Origin: an uncultured Parvularculaceae bacterium
GTDB lineage: Bacteria > Pseudomonadota > Alphaproteobacteria > Caulobacterales > Parvularculaceae
Assembly (NCBI GenBank): GCA_963922595.1
Contig: CAWUIM010000009.1
Coordinates: 5,075-69,074, forward strand
Direction: 5' to 3'
Length of the DNA stretch: 64,000 bases
A model generated the notes under the pieces. It was given only the letters and a program-made list of their open reading frames with translations, had not been told where the DNA came from and did no database searches. Shown here in pieces: positions 30,941 through 42,476 of this stretch (positions are counted from its first letter, which is position 1; every line of letters begins with the position of its first letter). The position numbers and the translations under genes are program-made.

Positions 30941-32113
30941 TCAGGACGCGTTAAAAACAACATCTTCCACGCCAATAAAACGCGCCATCCGGCCGAGCTC
31001 TGATTGCAGTTTTCTCTCGCGCGCCAGCGTCGCTTTCACGCCGCGCTCCCACCAGATTTCTTCAACCGTAAGCACGGATTTCTTTCTATCGGCCTTAACT
31101 TCGATGCGGCCCACAAAGCGGTCGCCTTCCAGCATCGGATAGACGTAATACCCATACTGACGTTTCGCCGCCGGCACAAAAATTTCAATTCGATAGTCAA
31201 AACCGAAAAGGCGCTGCAGCCTATTGCGGTCTCGGATCACGGGATCGAACGGATTGAGAATCCGCAGGCGGCTCGTCGACGCACTGAGCGCAGCGAGACG
31301 CTCTTCAATGTCCGCCGGCGCCAGCGCGCGATATGGTTTTTTGTCCGCGCATTCTATTTCCACCTCCACCAGTTTCTTCCGGCGCTTTTGCGTCCACCCT
31401 TTCACTTCGCTGAGATCGGCCGCGTCCCAGAAGCGCATAATGTCGCCTTCGCTGGCGAAGCCCAGCCGGTCGAGCGCTTGCGCGCAGAGCCAGTCGAGCT
31501 GTCCGGCGTCGCCGATCTCTTTGTCGCGGAGCGCGGCCGGGATCACCTTTTCGCAGACGTCGTAGTGTTTGATGAAATTCTTGCGGTGGCACGTGGCGAG
31601 AACGCCTGCATACCAATAATAGTCGAGGGCGAACTTATGCGGCGGGCGCGCCCATCCTTCTTTGCGGGCGAGGCCTTTCGCTTCAAAAGCACGCGTTGAA
31701 AGCGGGCCTTCTTTCTCGATGCGTTTCAAGATCGCGGCGCATTCGCGCTCGGGCGGCATATACTTCGCCCATTGCCCGCCTTCAATTTTACGCCGCATAC
31801 GATCGAACTGACGCCGCCAATTGGGGTAAAAGGCCATCGGCAACACGGAGGCGTCATGGGTGAAATGCTCGAACGCTTTGCGCGCGACGATCAGCTCATC
31901 GAGCATATGCTCGCGATAGTTCTGGTTGCGCGACCACAGGATATGATCATGCGCCCGCGCGACGACACGGATCGTATCAAGCTGAACAAAGCCCAGACGC
32001 TCAATAATGCCGAGAAGCGCGTCTTGATCGATGGCGCCGGTGGGCGTCTCCGCGAGCCCCTGGCGTTCAAGCCACAAACGGCGCGCGGCGCGATTGGAGA
32101 TTTTGAGCGTCAT
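30941..32113 (-). CDS. winged-helix DNA-binding protein, YcaQ/DUF1006 family (crosslink-repair glycosylase-like)
   Basis: ARRLWLERQGL N-terminus, 390 aa, and GYYVYPML...GRIE near the C-terminus, as in the YcaQ family. Confidence 0.75.
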   Translation of the reverse strand: MTLKISNRAARRLWLERQGLAETPTGAIDQDALLGIIERLGFVQLDTIRVVARAHDHILWSRNQNYREHMLDELIVARKAFEHFTHDASVLPMAFYPNWRRQFDRMRRKIEGGQWAKYMPPERECAAILKRIEKEGPLSTRAFEAKGLARKEGWARPPHKFALDYYWYAGVLATCHRKNFIKHYDVCEKVIPAALRDKEIGDAGQLDWLCAQALDRLGFASEGDIMRFWDAADLSEVKGWTQKRRKKLVEVEIECADKKPYRALAPADIEERLAALSASTSRLRILNPFDPVIRDRNRLQRLFGFDYRIEIFVPAAKRQYGYYVYPMLEGDRFVGRIEVKADRKKSVLTVEEIWWERGVKATLARERKLQSELGRMARFIGVEDVVFNAS

Positions 32114-32163
32114 GGCCTGACTTCAGACCAGAACGCCCCTCTTTGGCAACAAGGCCCGTTCGG

Positions 32164-32778
32164 CTAGTTCCGATGGGCCGCAGCGTCCGGTCCGGTGAGA
32201 AACGCTTCCGTGGCGTCGGCCCAATAGCGGTCGCCCGACTTGATGACGTTCTCTCGCTCAGCGCGGAACGCTTCGTTGGCTTCAGGCGAGCGCGTGAAGA
32301 AAAGGCGGTCGCCATGGATCGTCCAGTTGAGCGGGCTCGCCGGCGTCAGCTTTCCGCTCGCGAGCGTCTTTGTGCAATAGCCGCCGAAGGCTGGCGCATA
32401 GCGTTCCGGATTGGCGATAAAGAGATCGCGATTTTCGGCGCTCGCGAAGATGAACATTGCGCCCTGATATTCGGCCATGAACGCTTTATCGCCTTTCATC
32501 GCCTTGCCTTCGGTGAAGAAACCCACAGGGTCGAACCCTTCCATGGCGATCCCGGTTTCCGGGTTGATGACAATCGGCGTGACGTTGCTCGCCACTTCCG
32601 GAACGGCGAGCGCCTCAACCGGCAAAACGAGCGCCGCGCCTTTGGAAAGACCGTAGGCGACGACCGCAGGATCAGCGACCGGCGGCGCGCTTGTCTCTTG
32701 CGCCATCGCCGTTGGCGCCGCGGCGGCGACCATCAAGAAGGCAGCTCCAGAAAATCTCCGTTTCAAATTTCTTGTCAT
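32164..32778 (-). CDS. YHS domain-containing periplasmic protein
   Basis: Signal peptide, then GFDPVGFFTEGKAMKG...AEYQGAMFIFASAENRDLFIANPERYAPAFGGYC, characteristic of the YHS-domain family. I chose the ATG at 32778. Confidence 0.72.
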   Translation of the reverse strand: MTRNLKRRFSGAAFLMVAAAAPTAMAQETSAPPVADPAVVAYGLSKGAALVLPVEALAVPEVASNVTPIVINPETGIAMEGFDPVGFFTEGKAMKGDKAFMAEYQGAMFIFASAENRDLFIANPERYAPAFGGYCTKTLASGKLTPASPLNWTIHGDRLFFTRSPEANEAFRAERENVIKSGDRYWADATEAFLTGPDAAAHRN

Positions 32779-32954
32779 GCGCCTTGCTCCATTCCTGAAT
32801 TTTCGCAAGGAGCGTACGGGCGCCCGCCGCAAAACCCAAGTCACGGATGCCGACATCCGATCACCGCTTCGCGATAGGCGCGTGATCAGCGCGATTGCAG
32901 GCGCCGCTAACTTACGGCACAGTCGCGCTCTGACAATCGTGAGTAGAAAAGCCG

Positions 32955-33686
32955 ATGACCAACCAAGCTGACTTGCCGTTCACTGTTCAGATCGTTCCTG
33001 TGACGCCGTTCCAACAAAATTGCTCGATCGTCAAAGCCAGGAGCGGTAAGGCCGCGGTTGTGGACCCCGGCGGCGAGCCCGACAAGATTCTCGCCGCAGC
33101 CGACAAAATGGGCGCGCGGATCGAAGAAATCTGGCTAACCCACGGCCATCTTGATCACGCGGGCGGCGCAGAAGAAGTCAAACGCCGCACCAAAGCCCCG
33201 ATAATCGGTCCGCAGCGCGAGGATGATTTCTGGCTCGAAGGCATCAGCGCGCAATGGGCGCAATATGGCCACCCCGGCATGGGCGAGAACTGCGCGCCGG
33301 ATCGCTGGCTGGATGACGGCGACACACTTTCGCTCGACGATGTGGACTTCAACGTGGTGACGACGCCGGGCCATACGCCGGGGCATGTGGTAATCTACCA
33401 GAAGGATGCGCGCCTCGCTTTTGTGGGCGACGTTCTCTTCGCCGGATCTGTGGGGCGTACGGACTTTCCCAAGGGCGATCAGGCGACGCTGATCCGGTCA
33501 ATAACAGAGAAGCTCTGGCCGTTAGGCGACGACGTGCAATTTGTCCCGGGCCACGGCCCCATGTCCACCTTCGGCCGCGAACGCCAGTCCAACCCCTTCG
33601 TCGCCGACAGCGTGACCGGGTATGGCGGCGCAGCAAAACAGGAAGCCGACGCCCTCGCCCAGAAAACAAGCAAACGCTACCGCTAG
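32955..33686 (+). CDS. MBL-fold metallo-hydrolase (glyoxalase II-like)
   Basis: THGHLDHAGG metal-binding motif, TPGHTPGH and GDVLFAGSVGRTDF. Confidence 0.88.
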   Translation: MTNQADLPFTVQIVPVTPFQQNCSIVKARSGKAAVVDPGGEPDKILAAADKMGARIEEIWLTHGHLDHAGGAEEVKRRTKAPIIGPQREDDFWLEGISAQWAQYGHPGMGENCAPDRWLDDGDTLSLDDVDFNVVTTPGHTPGHVVIYQKDARLAFVGDVLFAGSVGRTDFPKGDQATLIRSITEKLWPLGDDVQFVPGHGPMSTFGRERQSNPFVADSVTGYGGAAKQEADALAQKTSKRYR

Positions 33687-33801
33687 AATCCGGCGGTTTC
33701 GGTCTGGACCGTTCATTTTAGGAAAATTTCCAAGGGCGCCGTTAAGCGCGCGGCAATGCTTGTCTTGCATTCTCCACCCCTAATCTCAGGGGAGAGATAT
33801 T

Positions 33802-34179
33802 ATGTTTTCGTTAAACAATTTCTTTCGGCGCGCAGAAGAGCCGTTGCCCGGCTCGCCGGACTTTAATGACAGCGTCCGCGAGACAATCGCGCGGCTTGGC
33901 GACAATGGCGCCGCCCCGCGCCATGTTCTGCATTACGCCTATCCGGGCGAAAACGCGGACGAGAGCGCCGTTCCGGCCATGATCGCCGAACTCGCCGCCG
34001 ATGGCTATGAGGTGAGCGAAACCGAGGTCGAGAACGGTCTTGTACTGGAACACCACCACCCGGTGACGCCGGACGAGTTTGATCCGATCACGGCGCAACT
34101 CTCCGCCTGGTTCGCCGCACGAAACTGGGACTATGACGGCTGGGAATGCGCCGTACAGTTGGACGAAAGCGCGGCTTAA
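33802..34179 (+). CDS. RraB-like protein (regulator of ribonuclease activity B family)
   Basis: PRHVLHYAYP and a C-terminal WDYDGWEC resemble the RraB ...EHH... and YDGWG signatures. Acidic and 125 aa. Confidence 0.6.
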   Translation: MFSLNNFFRRAEEPLPGSPDFNDSVRETIARLGDNGAAPRHVLHYAYPGENADESAVPAMIAELAADGYEVSETEVENGLVLEHHHPVTPDEFDPITAQLSAWFAARNWDYDGWECAVQLDESAA

Positions 34180-34199
34180 CCTCTCAAAGAGCGCTCCGC

Positions 34200-34622
34200 C
34201 TAAAGCGTAATGCGCCGCAAGCGGATAAAATGTTCGTCCCAGCCCTTGTCGTGATCGGCCGCCAGGTCGAACGCGCCTTCGGGGACGTCGGCGAAGCCGC
34301 TATGTTCCAGCGTCAGAATCGTTCCGCCATCCGCTTCAGCAAGCGTCCAGGTGCAGATTGTTTCGGTCTCTTTCAGAAAGTCATGGGTAAAGGTGTGGAC
34401 GAGCCGCGTCGGCGGTTCGCTTTCCAACACCTCGCCCCAGCAAATCTTTTCGCCTTCCTTGCCGAGTGAGTTCGTCAAGAGCTTGTACGGACCGACGGCA
34501 TCCAGGCTTTCAGCCGCCTCGTAGAACCAGAGCGCCAACTTCTTTTTATCAGTCAAGAATTTCCAGACATGCGCGGGCGGCGCTTTCAGGAACAGGGTTT
34601 TGACAATTGTCAGATCAGCCAT
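34200..34622 (-). CDS. SRPBCC (AHSA1-like) domain protein
   Basis: Its size and the N-terminus TIVKTLFLKAPPAHVWKFLTD are typical. It is paired with an upstream overlapping ArsR gene, a common arrangement. Confidence 0.78.
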   Translation of the reverse strand: MADLTIVKTLFLKAPPAHVWKFLTDKKKLALWFYEAAESLDAVGPYKLLTNSLGKEGEKICWGEVLESEPPTRLVHTFTHDFLKETETICTWTLAEADGGTILTLEHSGFADVPEGAFDLAADHDKGWDEHFIRLRRITL

Positions 34623-34935
34623 CGCCTTTCTCCACTTCGCGTTTTAAGGAATCGAGTTTTTCGTCCCAGAACCGGTCGAATGCGCCCATCCAGGCGCGCG
34701 CCGACGCCATGGCGCGCGGGTTCAGGTGATTAATCCGCTCACGGCCCATCGCCTCAACACGGATAAGCCCGCTCTCTTCCAGGATCTTCAAATGTTTCGC
34801 CACCGCCGGGCGCGTCACCTCGAACGCGTCGACAATAGCGTTCACCGCTTTCGGGGTCTCGGCGAGCATTTCGAGAATGGCGCGCCGCGTCGGGTCAGCC
34901 AGGGCTCGGAAGACGGGTTGCGGATCTGGGGTCAT
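34615..34935 (-). CDS. ArsR/SmtB family transcriptional regulator
   Basis: FRALADPTRRAILEML...VTRPAVAKHLKILEESGLI helix-turn-helix. Confidence 0.88.
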   Translation of the reverse strand: MTPDPQPVFRALADPTRRAILEMLAETPKAVNAIVDAFEVTRPAVAKHLKILEESGLIRVEAMGRERINHLNPRAMASARAWMGAFDRFWDEKLDSLKREVEKGDG

Positions 34936-35137
34936 CTAGGCCGCCTTTATGTAACCAAAGGGTGTCTCTTCATAAGAAACCTTTTGGTGTCATGTCAATA
35001 TCCCTCTCGCCCTCCCGCAAAACCCTTTGCACCGCCGCGCAACTTCCCCTAGTTAACGCCTTTAGCCAGACATTTTTAATTGACCGATAGGCGCTGCGCC
35101 TCAAACGCCGCGCCCCTTTTTTGCGCGAGCCTTCGTA

Positions 35138-38100
35138 ATGCCTAAACGCGACGACCTTCGTTCCATCCTCATCATCGGCGCCGGGCCAATTATCATCGGG
35201 CAGGCTTGCGAGTTTGACTATTCGGGCGTCCAGGCGGTGAAAGCGCTCAAGGAAGAGGGCTTCCGGGTCATTCTCGTCAATTCCAACCCGGCGACGATCA
35301 TGACTGACCCGGGCCTGGCGGACGCCACCTATGTTGAGCCGATTACGCCGGAATTTGTGGAGCGCGTGATCGCGCGCGAAAAGCCGGACGCGCTGTTGCC
35401 GACCATGGGCGGGCAAACCGCACTCAATTGCGCGCTTGAATTGGAAAAACGCGGCGTTCTCGAAAAGCATGGCGTTGAGATGATCGGCGCGCGCGCCGAC
35501 GTCATCGAGAAAGCGGAAGACCGTGAGAAGTTCCGGGCGGCGATGGACACGATCGGCCTAGAAAATCCGCGGGCGACCATTGCTTCCTCGCCGGCGATCA
35601 CGAATGACGCAGGCGAGATCGTCGGCTATGACCGCGCGCAAGGGGTCGCCAACGCTATGCAGGCGCTGGATACAATCGGCCTGCCGGCCATCATCCGGCC
35701 GGCCTTCACCCTCGGCGGCACCGGCGGCGGCGTCGCCTACAATCGCCAGGAATTCGAAGCGATCATCCGTTCAGGGATCGACGCGTCGCCCGTGGGCCAG
35801 GTCTTGATCGACGAAAGCCTGCTCGGGTGGAAAGAATTCGAAATGGAGGTCGTTCGCGACAAGGCGGACAATTGCATCATCATTTGCGCGATCGAGAATG
35901 TGGACCCGATGGGCGTGCACACAGGCGATTCAATCACCGTGGCCCCGGCGCTGACCCTCACTGACAAGGAATATCAGATCATGCGCAACGCCTCGATCGC
36001 GGTCATGCGCGAAATCGGGGTTGAGACCGGCGGATCGAATGTTCAATTTGCCGTTAATCCAGATGACGGGCGTCTTGTCGTCATCGAGATGAACCCGCGC
36101 GTGTCGCGCTCGTCCGCCCTCGCCTCGAAAGCCACCGGATTTCCCATTGCGCGCATCGCCGCCAAGCTCGCTGTCGGTTACACGCTCGACGAGCTTGACA
36201 ACGATATCACCAAAGCGACGCCGGCGTCGTTCGAGCCGACAATCGATTATGTGGTCACGAAAATCCCGCGCTTCACTTTCGAGAAGTTCCCGGGCGCCGA
36301 GCCAACCCTGACGACCGCCATGAAATCCGTGGGCGAAGCGATGGCGATCGGGCGTAACTTTAAAGAGTCGCTGCAAAAAGCGTTGCGTTCCCTTGAGACG
36401 GGACTGTCAGGCCTTGATCCGATTGAGATTGACGGGCTCGGCCGCGGCGACGACGCCGACGCCTTCCGTGCGGCCCTCGCCGCGCCGCGCCCCGACCGAT
36501 TGCGCATCGCAGCGCAGGCGCTCCGCCATGGCTTACCGATCGAACAGGTCCACGCCATCACCCAATATGACCCGTGGTTTCTAGAGCAAATGCTCGAAAT
36601 AGTGACGCTTGAAAAAGAGGTTGAGACCCAGGGCCTTCCGAGCAACGCGGCGGCGCTGACCCGCCTGAAGTCGGTCGGTTTTTCTGACAAGCGGCTGGCG
36701 GCGCTCTGCGGCGGCGATGAGAAAGCCGTTCGCGCGCATCGTCGCGGGTTAAACGTCCACCCGATCTACAAGCGCATCGACACCTGCGCGGCGGAGTTCA
36801 CGGCGATCACCCCGTACATGTATTCCGCCTACGAACCGGGCGCTGTTGAGGCGAGCTGCGAGGCTGGGGTCTCCGACCGGAAAAAGGTGATCATCCTCGG
36901 CGGCGGCCCGAACCGCATCGGCCAGGGGATTGAGTTTGACTATTGCTGTTGCCACGCCGCGTTCGCGCTCGCTGATATCGGCGTTGAGAGCGTCATGGTG
37001 AACTGCAACCCGGAAACCGTTTCAACGGATTACGATACATCCGACCGTCTCTATTTCGAGCCGCTCACCGCTGAAGATGTGCTTGAGATCATCGCCAAGG
37101 AACAAAGCGCGGGAACACTGCTCGGCGTCATCGTGCAATATGGCGGGCAGACGCCGCTTAAGCTCGCCGAAACGCTTGACGCTGAAGGCGTGCCGATCCT
37201 CGGAACGCCTTACGACGCAATTGACCTCGCGGAAGACCGCGAGCGCTTCAAGAAATTAATTAACGAGCTTGATCTGCGTCAGCCGCCGAACGCCACCTCG
37301 CCTTCACGTGAAGCGGCGCCCCAGATGGCGAATGCTGTGGGTTATCCGCTGGTTACGCGGCCTTCCTATGTTCTTGGCGGACGCGCCATGGAAATCGTCC
37401 AGAACGATTCCGCTCTCCGGGCTTATCTCGATACGGCGGAAATCGAGATCAACGAGAAGCAGCCGCTGCTCCTCGACAAATATCTTGAGAACGCCGTGGA
37501 AGTGGACGTGGACGCCATTTGTGACGGGCAGGATGTCTACATCGCCGGCGTCATGGAACATATTGAAGAGGCCGGCGTCCATTCCGGCGACAGCGCCTGC
37601 TCCCTGCCGCCCTACACGCTCCCCGAAGCGACAGTGAAGGAGCTGGAAGCGCAAACCAAACGCCTCGCCATGGCGCTCGGCGTCGTCGGGCTGATGAATG
37701 TTCAGTATGCAATCAAAGACGATGATATCTTTGTGCTGGAGGTAAACCCACGCGCCTCTCGATCGGCGCCGTTCGTTGCGAAATCGATCGGCGCGCCCAT
37801 CGCCCGCATCGGCGCCAAGGTGATGGCCGGCGAAAAACTCGCATCCATGACCCTGCCGACGAACACGCCCCCGCACACTGCCGTTAAAGAAGTTGTCTTC
37901 CCCTTCGCCCGCTTCCCCGGCGTTGACACGGTGCTCGGCCCGGAAATGCGCTCCACCGGCGAGGTGATGGGCCTCGATCAGGATTTCGACCGCGCCCGCG
38001 CAAAAAGCCTTCTCGGCGCCGGGGTTAAAATCCCGCTGGAAGGCTGCGTCTTCATTTCACTGAAAGACAACGACAAGCCGCTGATGGTGAACGCCGCCCG

Positions 38101-38434
38101 CAAGCTCCTCGCCATGGGCTTCACAATCATCGCCACCGCCGGCACCGCCGCCTTCCTGAAATCCCAGGGCCTCGACGTGACCCGGATCAACAAAGTGCTG
38201 GAGGGCCGCCCCCACGTGGTCGACGCACTCAAAAACGGCGAGGTGCAAATGATCTTCAACACAACCGAAGGCGCCCAGTCCGTTAAGGACTCCCGCTCCA
38301 TCCGGACCACCGCCCTCGCCCAGAAAATCCCTTGTATTACAACGGCTACAGGCGCGCGCTCCACGGTCAGGGCGATCGAGGCGATGCGCGCGGGGGCTCT
38401 TGAAGTCGCCCCCCTCCAGTCCTATTTTGGCTGA
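35138..38434 (+). CDS. carB: carbamoyl-phosphate synthase large subunit
   Basis: 1098 aa with duplicated ATP-grasp halves ([21 protein letters not shown] and [21 protein letters not shown]) and a C-terminal MGS-like domain. Confidence 0.98.
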   Translation: MPKRDDLRSILIIGAGPIIIGQACEFDYSGVQAVKALKEEGFRVILVNSNPATIMTDPGLADATYVEPITPEFVERVIAREKPDALLPTMGGQTALNCALELEKRGVLEKHGVEMIGARADVIEKAEDREKFRAAMDTIGLENPRATIASSPAITNDAGEIVGYDRAQGVANAMQALDTIGLPAIIRPAFTLGGTGGGVAYNRQEFEAIIRSGIDASPVGQVLIDESLLGWKEFEMEVVRDKADNCIIICAIENVDPMGVHTGDSITVAPALTLTDKEYQIMRNASIAVMREIGVETGGSNVQFAVNPDDGRLVVIEMNPRVSRSSALASKATGFPIARIAAKLAVGYTLDELDNDITKATPASFEPTIDYVVTKIPRFTFEKFPGAEPTLTTAMKSVGEAMAIGRNFKESLQKALRSLETGLSGLDPIEIDGLGRGDDADAFRAALAAPRPDRLRIAAQALRHGLPIEQVHAITQYDPWFLEQMLEIVTLEKEVETQGLPSNAAALTRLKSVGFSDKRLAALCGGDEKAVRAHRRGLNVHPIYKRIDTCAAEFTAITPYMYSAYEPGAVEASCEAGVSDRKKVIILGGGPNRIGQGIEFDYCCCHAAFALADIGVESVMVNCNPETVSTDYDTSDRLYFEPLTAEDVLEIIAKEQSAGTLLGVIVQYGGQTPLKLAETLDAEGVPILGTPYDAIDLAEDRERFKKLINELDLRQPPNATSPSREAAPQMANAVGYPLVTRPSYVLGGRAMEIVQNDSALRAYLDTAEIEINEKQPLLLDKYLENAVEVDVDAICDGQDVYIAGVMEHIEEAGVHSGDSACSLPPYTLPEATVKELEAQTKRLAMALGVVGLMNVQYAIKDDDIFVLEVNPRASRSAPFVAKSIGAPIARIGAKVMAGEKLASMTLPTNTPPHTAVKEVVFPFARFPGVDTVLGPEMRSTGEVMGLDQDFDRARAKSLLGAGVKIPLEGCVFISLKDNDKPLMVNAARKLLAMGFTIIATAGTAAFLKSQGLDVTRINKVLEGRPHVVDALKNGEVQMIFNTTEGAQSVKDSRSIRTTALAQKIPCITTATGARSTVRAIEAMRAGALEVAPLQSYFG

Positions 38435-38517
38435 CCGAGAGAGAGTGTGAGGCGACGCGCGAGCAGCTGCGGCGCCCGCCATTCTTTTTTGCTTTTTTTG
38501 AAACGAAAGGACGGGAC

Positions 38518-38991
38518 ATGGAAAAGGTTCCGATGACGCAAGCCGGATATCAACGGCTCGAAGAAGAAATCAGGCATCTGAAACATGATGAGCGCCCGGC
38601 CGTGATTCAGGCGATCGCTGAAGCGCGCGCCCATGGCGACCTCTCCGAAAACGCCGAATATCACGCCGCCAAAGAGCGTCAGGGCTGGATCGAGGGCCAG
38701 ATTCTCGAGCTGGAGGACAAATATACCCGCGCCGAAGTCATCGACGTGGCCAAACTTGACGGCGCCGCCGTGAAGTTCGGCGCCACCGTCAACCTGATCG
38801 ACGAAGACACCGAAGAAGAAAAATCCTGGCAGATCGTCGGCGATTACGAAGCCGACGTGAAACAGGGCCGCATCTCTATTTCCTCGCCCATCGCCCGCGC
38901 CCTCATCGGCAAGGAAGAAGGCGACAGCGTCGAAGTCGCCGCTCCCGGCGGCGCCCGCAGCTATGAGATTGCGAAGGTGGTTTTTAAGTAG
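38518..38991 (+). CDS. greA: transcription elongation factor GreA
   Basis: 157 aa with [16 protein letters not shown] and [14 protein letters not shown] motifs. It follows carB, as is usual. Confidence 0.96.
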   Translation: MEKVPMTQAGYQRLEEEIRHLKHDERPAVIQAIAEARAHGDLSENAEYHAAKERQGWIEGQILELEDKYTRAEVIDVAKLDGAAVKFGATVNLIDEDTEEEKSWQIVGDYEADVKQGRISISSPIARALIGKEEGDSVEVAAPGGARSYEIAKVVFK

Positions 38992-39115
38992 AGCGGATGA
39001 GCAACTCACTCTATCCGTATCGAGAGAGAAGCCCTGCGTTAAACATGCGATCTTAAACCGCGCGGCGAACTGTTCGATTGCCCGTTGCAGCCAAAGTTGA
39101 AAGTATCTTTCATCA

Positions 39116-39547
39116 ATGGATAAATCACGCGACCCAATCGTCTACGGCGGCGCTCCCGCTGACCGCCGGTCGTGGCTTTCCGCCATGGGGCGCGGTTTGC
39201 GCAAGCGGTGCCCTGAGTGCGGGCGCGGCGCATTGTTCGACGGCTATACGAAGACGCGTGCGGCTTGCGGCCATTGCGCCCTTGATCTTTCCGGTCACCG
39301 CGCCGACGACGCGCCGCCCTATCTGACGATCATGATTGTCGGCCATGTGATGATTCCGCTGGCGCTCGCCATAAAACAGATTTTCGATCCGCCTTTGTCG
39401 CTACAATTCGCGATCTGGGCGCCGGCGATGGCGCTCGCGACCTTCTGGCTGTTGCCGCTGATGAAGGGCGCCATGGTTGGCCTGCAATGGGCGAACCGTA
39501 TGCACGGGTTCGCCGGTCCGGACGCCGATCCGCAAGCGGACGTTTGA
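39116..39547 (+). CDS. DUF983 domain-containing membrane protein
   Basis: CPECGRGALFDGYTKTRAACGHCALDL zinc ribbon followed by two TM helices. Confidence 0.78.
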   Translation: MDKSRDPIVYGGAPADRRSWLSAMGRGLRKRCPECGRGALFDGYTKTRAACGHCALDLSGHRADDAPPYLTIMIVGHVMIPLALAIKQIFDPPLSLQFAIWAPAMALATFWLLPLMKGAMVGLQWANRMHGFAGPDADPQADV

Positions 39548-39557
39548 CGCTTCCGCG

Positions 39558-40727
39558 ATGGAGAGCGCGGTCGATCAAGCCCTGTCGGAAAAAGACCGCC
39601 GCCGCGGGCTCATCGCCGCCATCGCCTCGATCGCAATCTTCGGGGCCAGTCTTGGCCATAGCCTGCCCTTCTTCGCCGTTCTCCTGGAAGGGTACGGCGC
39701 AAGTAACAGCTTTATCGGGCTCAACACTGCGGCCACCGCGTTCTTTGCACTCCTCATTACACCGTTCTTGCCGAAGCTGATCGGACGCTTCGGCATCCGT
39801 CCGCTGATGGTGGCCGCGTTCGCCGTCATCTATCTCGGCTACGCGACGGCGTTCCTGGCGAAGGACACGTTATGGCTTTGGTTCGTGGTGCGTTTGTGTT
39901 TCGGGCTCGGCGGCGTCGCTTTGTTCGTGGCGAGCGAAGTCTGGATCAATCTGGTGGCGCCGCCCGAAAAGCGCGGCTCCGTGATCGGTATTTATGCGAC
40001 CGCACTCGCCGCGGGGTTCGCGGCTGGCCCCATCGCGCTGGAGGTGACGGGGTATGCTGGCGTTGCGCCGTTCTTAGCGGGCGTCGCTTTCCTTCTCGCC
40101 GCGGCGCCGCCGATCCTGATGGCGCCGGCGCCGCCCTTTGACCCTAATGAACAATCGGCCTCGCTTACGGCGATGGCCCGCCTTGCACCGGCGATCTTTG
40201 TCGCCGTCGGCATTTTCGCCGCCGCTGAGGGTGTGATGATGGGCCTTGCGCCTGTTTACGGCATCCGGCTCGGCATGGCGCAGGAGACCGCAGGCAGAAT
40301 TGTTTTCGCCTACGCGCTCGGACCCATCGCCTTTCAATATCTTATTGGCCGCGCGATCGATCAGTTCCGGCCCATGACAATCTTTTTCGTATGCGCGAGC
40401 GTCGGCGTTGCAGGCGCCTTCGCCCTGCCGTTGGCGGCGCAGAGCGAAGTCAGCCTCTATACGCTGCTCGTCTTCTGGGGCGGCGCGATTGTCGGGCTCA
40501 ACACCTGCGCCCTCACCTTTATCGGCGCGCGCTTTAAGGGCCAGGAACTGGCCGCCGCGAACGCCGGCATGGCCTTCGCCTATCAGGCGGGCGCCCTCAT
40601 TGGCCCCGCGGCGACTGGGCCCATGATGGACCTCTACGGCCCGAACGCCCTCGCCTATACGCTAGGCGGATTTTTCATTGCGCTCCTGGCGTTCCTCCTG
40701 CGACGGCGGCACGCCGAGACGCCTTGA
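39558..40727 (+). CDS. MFS transporter
   Basis: About 12 predicted TM segments and an LITPFLPKLIGRFGIRP loop 2-3 motif. I chose the ATG at 39558, just after the DUF983 stop. Confidence 0.82.
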   Translation: MESAVDQALSEKDRRRGLIAAIASIAIFGASLGHSLPFFAVLLEGYGASNSFIGLNTAATAFFALLITPFLPKLIGRFGIRPLMVAAFAVIYLGYATAFLAKDTLWLWFVVRLCFGLGGVALFVASEVWINLVAPPEKRGSVIGIYATALAAGFAAGPIALEVTGYAGVAPFLAGVAFLLAAAPPILMAPAPPFDPNEQSASLTAMARLAPAIFVAVGIFAAAEGVMMGLAPVYGIRLGMAQETAGRIVFAYALGPIAFQYLIGRAIDQFRPMTIFFVCASVGVAGAFALPLAAQSEVSLYTLLVFWGGAIVGLNTCALTFIGARFKGQELAAANAGMAFAYQAGALIGPAATGPMMDLYGPNALAYTLGGFFIALLAFLLRRRHAETP

Positions 40728-40831
40728 GCGCCGCCCTGAGGACTGCTTGACTTGGGAATGGGCCCGTGTATGGTCCGCCGCTCGAAACAACCCCGCGCCG
40801 CCTGACGGCGCGACCCGACAGGAGCAGCGCC

Positions 40832-40999
40832 ATGGCGAAGCCGACGACCGTTAAGATCCGCCTGAACTCCACAGCGGACACTGGATATTTCTACGTCACA
40901 AAAAAGAACACGCGCACGATGACCGAAAAGCTCGTCCTGAAAAAGTACGACCCAGTTGCGCGCAAGCACGTGGAATTCAAAGAAGGCAAGATCAAGTAG
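40832..40999 (+). CDS. rpmG: 50S ribosomal protein L33
   Basis: [55 protein letters not shown] (55 aa), with AGGAG 7 nt upstream. Confidence 0.95.
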   Translation: MAKPTTVKIRLNSTADTGYFYVTKKNTRTMTEKLVLKKYDPVARKHVEFKEGKIK

Positions 41000-41024
41000 G
41001 CTTATCGCCAAGATTGATCGACGG

Positions 41025-41054
41025 ATGCCGCCCCGACCGGGCGGCATTTTTATT
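41025..41054 (+). terminator. rho-independent terminator of rpmG
   Basis: ATGCCGCCC (41025-41033), loop CGACC, GGGCGGCAT (41039-41047), then TTTTTATT. Confidence 0.7.
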
Positions 41055-42435
41055 ATGCGGCGCTCTGGATCACCTTATTGCGCCCGCTCTTTTTCGCCTC
41101 ATAGAGGGCTTCGTCGGCGCGCTTGATAAGTTTCTGCGCGGTGTCGTCCTTCGGCCCGTCTTCAGAACAGGCGATGCCGATCGACACCGTCACTTTCAGG
41201 ATATCCCGGCCGCCGTTCAGCTCGACCTCCTGAGCCTCCACTTCCTGACGCAAGCGTTCCGCCACGAGGCTCGCAAACCTTTTGTCCGTGTCCGGCATCG
41301 CCACGAGGAATTCCTCACCGCCATATCGGCACGCGAGATCGATACCACGCACTGACGCTTTTATTCGCTCAGCGAATTCCTGCAAGACGCGGTCGCCGGC
41401 GTCATGGCCGTGTGTGTCGTTGATGGACTTGAAGTGGTCGAGGTCCATGATGAGGATTGATAATGGCCGCCCCGTCCAGAACGCGCGGTCAAACATCGCC
41501 GACAAATGGCTCGCCAGATAGCGGCGATTATAAAGGCCTGTGAGCTGATCGGTCACTGCCATTTCAAGGCTGGCCTGGAAGGATGAGCGCAACTGGTCGA
41601 TATAGCGCTTGCGGCGGATTTGCGTTGAGACGCGTGCGATCAGTTCGTTCTTTTCAACCGGCCGCGTCAGATAATCGTTGACGCCGATATCCAGCGCACG
41701 GACGAGTTTACGCGTATCACCCTGACGCACAATGCCGAGAAGCGGCGTCATGCGTGTTTCCTCAAAGGACCGCATCGACGAGCACAGCCGTAACGGGTCC
41801 ATGGCGTCGATTGACATATTAATGATGACGAGATCGAATTCCCCAGTCTTCACGCGCCCGAGCGCCACCTCGGGGTCGGTCTCCGATGATATCTGATAAT
41901 TGTCGCCGAGTGCGGCTTTGACCTTTTCGACCTGCTCGCCGTGGTCATCGATGATAAAGATGCGCGCTTCTTCCAGAATGGACTCATCGAGCGTAATGTC
42001 GATCTTATCGACAACGCCAAGACCTTTGCCGGTCGCGTAGCGCATCCGCAATTCGTCCGTCATCATCTTCAAGCGCGACAAACCCCGCACGCGTGCAAAC
42101 AGCGCCACGTCCTCAACGGGCTTGGTTAAGAAATCGTCTGCGCCGGCGCTGAGACCCGCCACGCGATCCGCTTGCTGATCAAGCGCGGTAACCATCACAA
42201 CAGGGATATGTGCGGTTTCCTGATCGGATTTCAGGATGCGGCAGGCTTCAAACCCGTCCATTCCCGGCATCATAACGTCGAGAAGAATGATGTCGGGCTT
42301 TTCCGCCCGCGCTTTCTCAACAGCTTCTTGTCCGGAGAGCGCCGTCAACACGTCGAAATACTCGGCGCGAAGCTTCGCTTCCAAAAGCTTAACGTTTGGT
42401 TCCAGGTCGTCGACGACCAATACGCGCGCCGTCAT
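41053..42435 (-). CDS. pleD: response regulator diguanylate cyclase PleD (REC-REC-GGDEF)
   Basis: Two receiver domains (ILLDVMMPGMDG) and a GGDEF domain with RYGGEEF. It lies directly downstream of divK. Confidence 0.92.
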   Translation of the reverse strand: MTARVLVVDDLEPNVKLLEAKLRAEYFDVLTALSGQEAVEKARAEKPDIILLDVMMPGMDGFEACRILKSDQETAHIPVVMVTALDQQADRVAGLSAGADDFLTKPVEDVALFARVRGLSRLKMMTDELRMRYATGKGLGVVDKIDITLDESILEEARIFIIDDHGEQVEKVKAALGDNYQISSETDPEVALGRVKTGEFDLVIINMSIDAMDPLRLCSSMRSFEETRMTPLLGIVRQGDTRKLVRALDIGVNDYLTRPVEKNELIARVSTQIRRKRYIDQLRSSFQASLEMAVTDQLTGLYNRRYLASHLSAMFDRAFWTGRPLSILIMDLDHFKSINDTHGHDAGDRVLQEFAERIKASVRGIDLACRYGGEEFLVAMPDTDKRFASLVAERLRQEVEAQEVELNGGRDILKVTVSIGIACSEDGPKDDTAQKLIKRADEALYEAKKSGRNKVIQSAA

Positions 42436-42476
42436 TTTCGCTCCCTAGGCTTTGGAAAACGGTACTCGCGTCGAAT

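Noticed and set aside
28439-38434. carA and carB separated by about 5.5 kb containing seven unrelated genes (mscS, ycaQ-like, YHS, MBL, rraB-like, SRPBCC, arsR).
   Set aside because: Split carA/carB is common in alphaproteobacteria. The intervening genes show native-looking composition and no mobility genes, so this is not an insertion event I can support.
38435-38517. A possible terminator between carB and greA (GC-rich segment followed by TTCTTTTTTGCTTTTTTT).
   Set aside because: I could not draw a clean stem. The T-rich run alone is insufficient.
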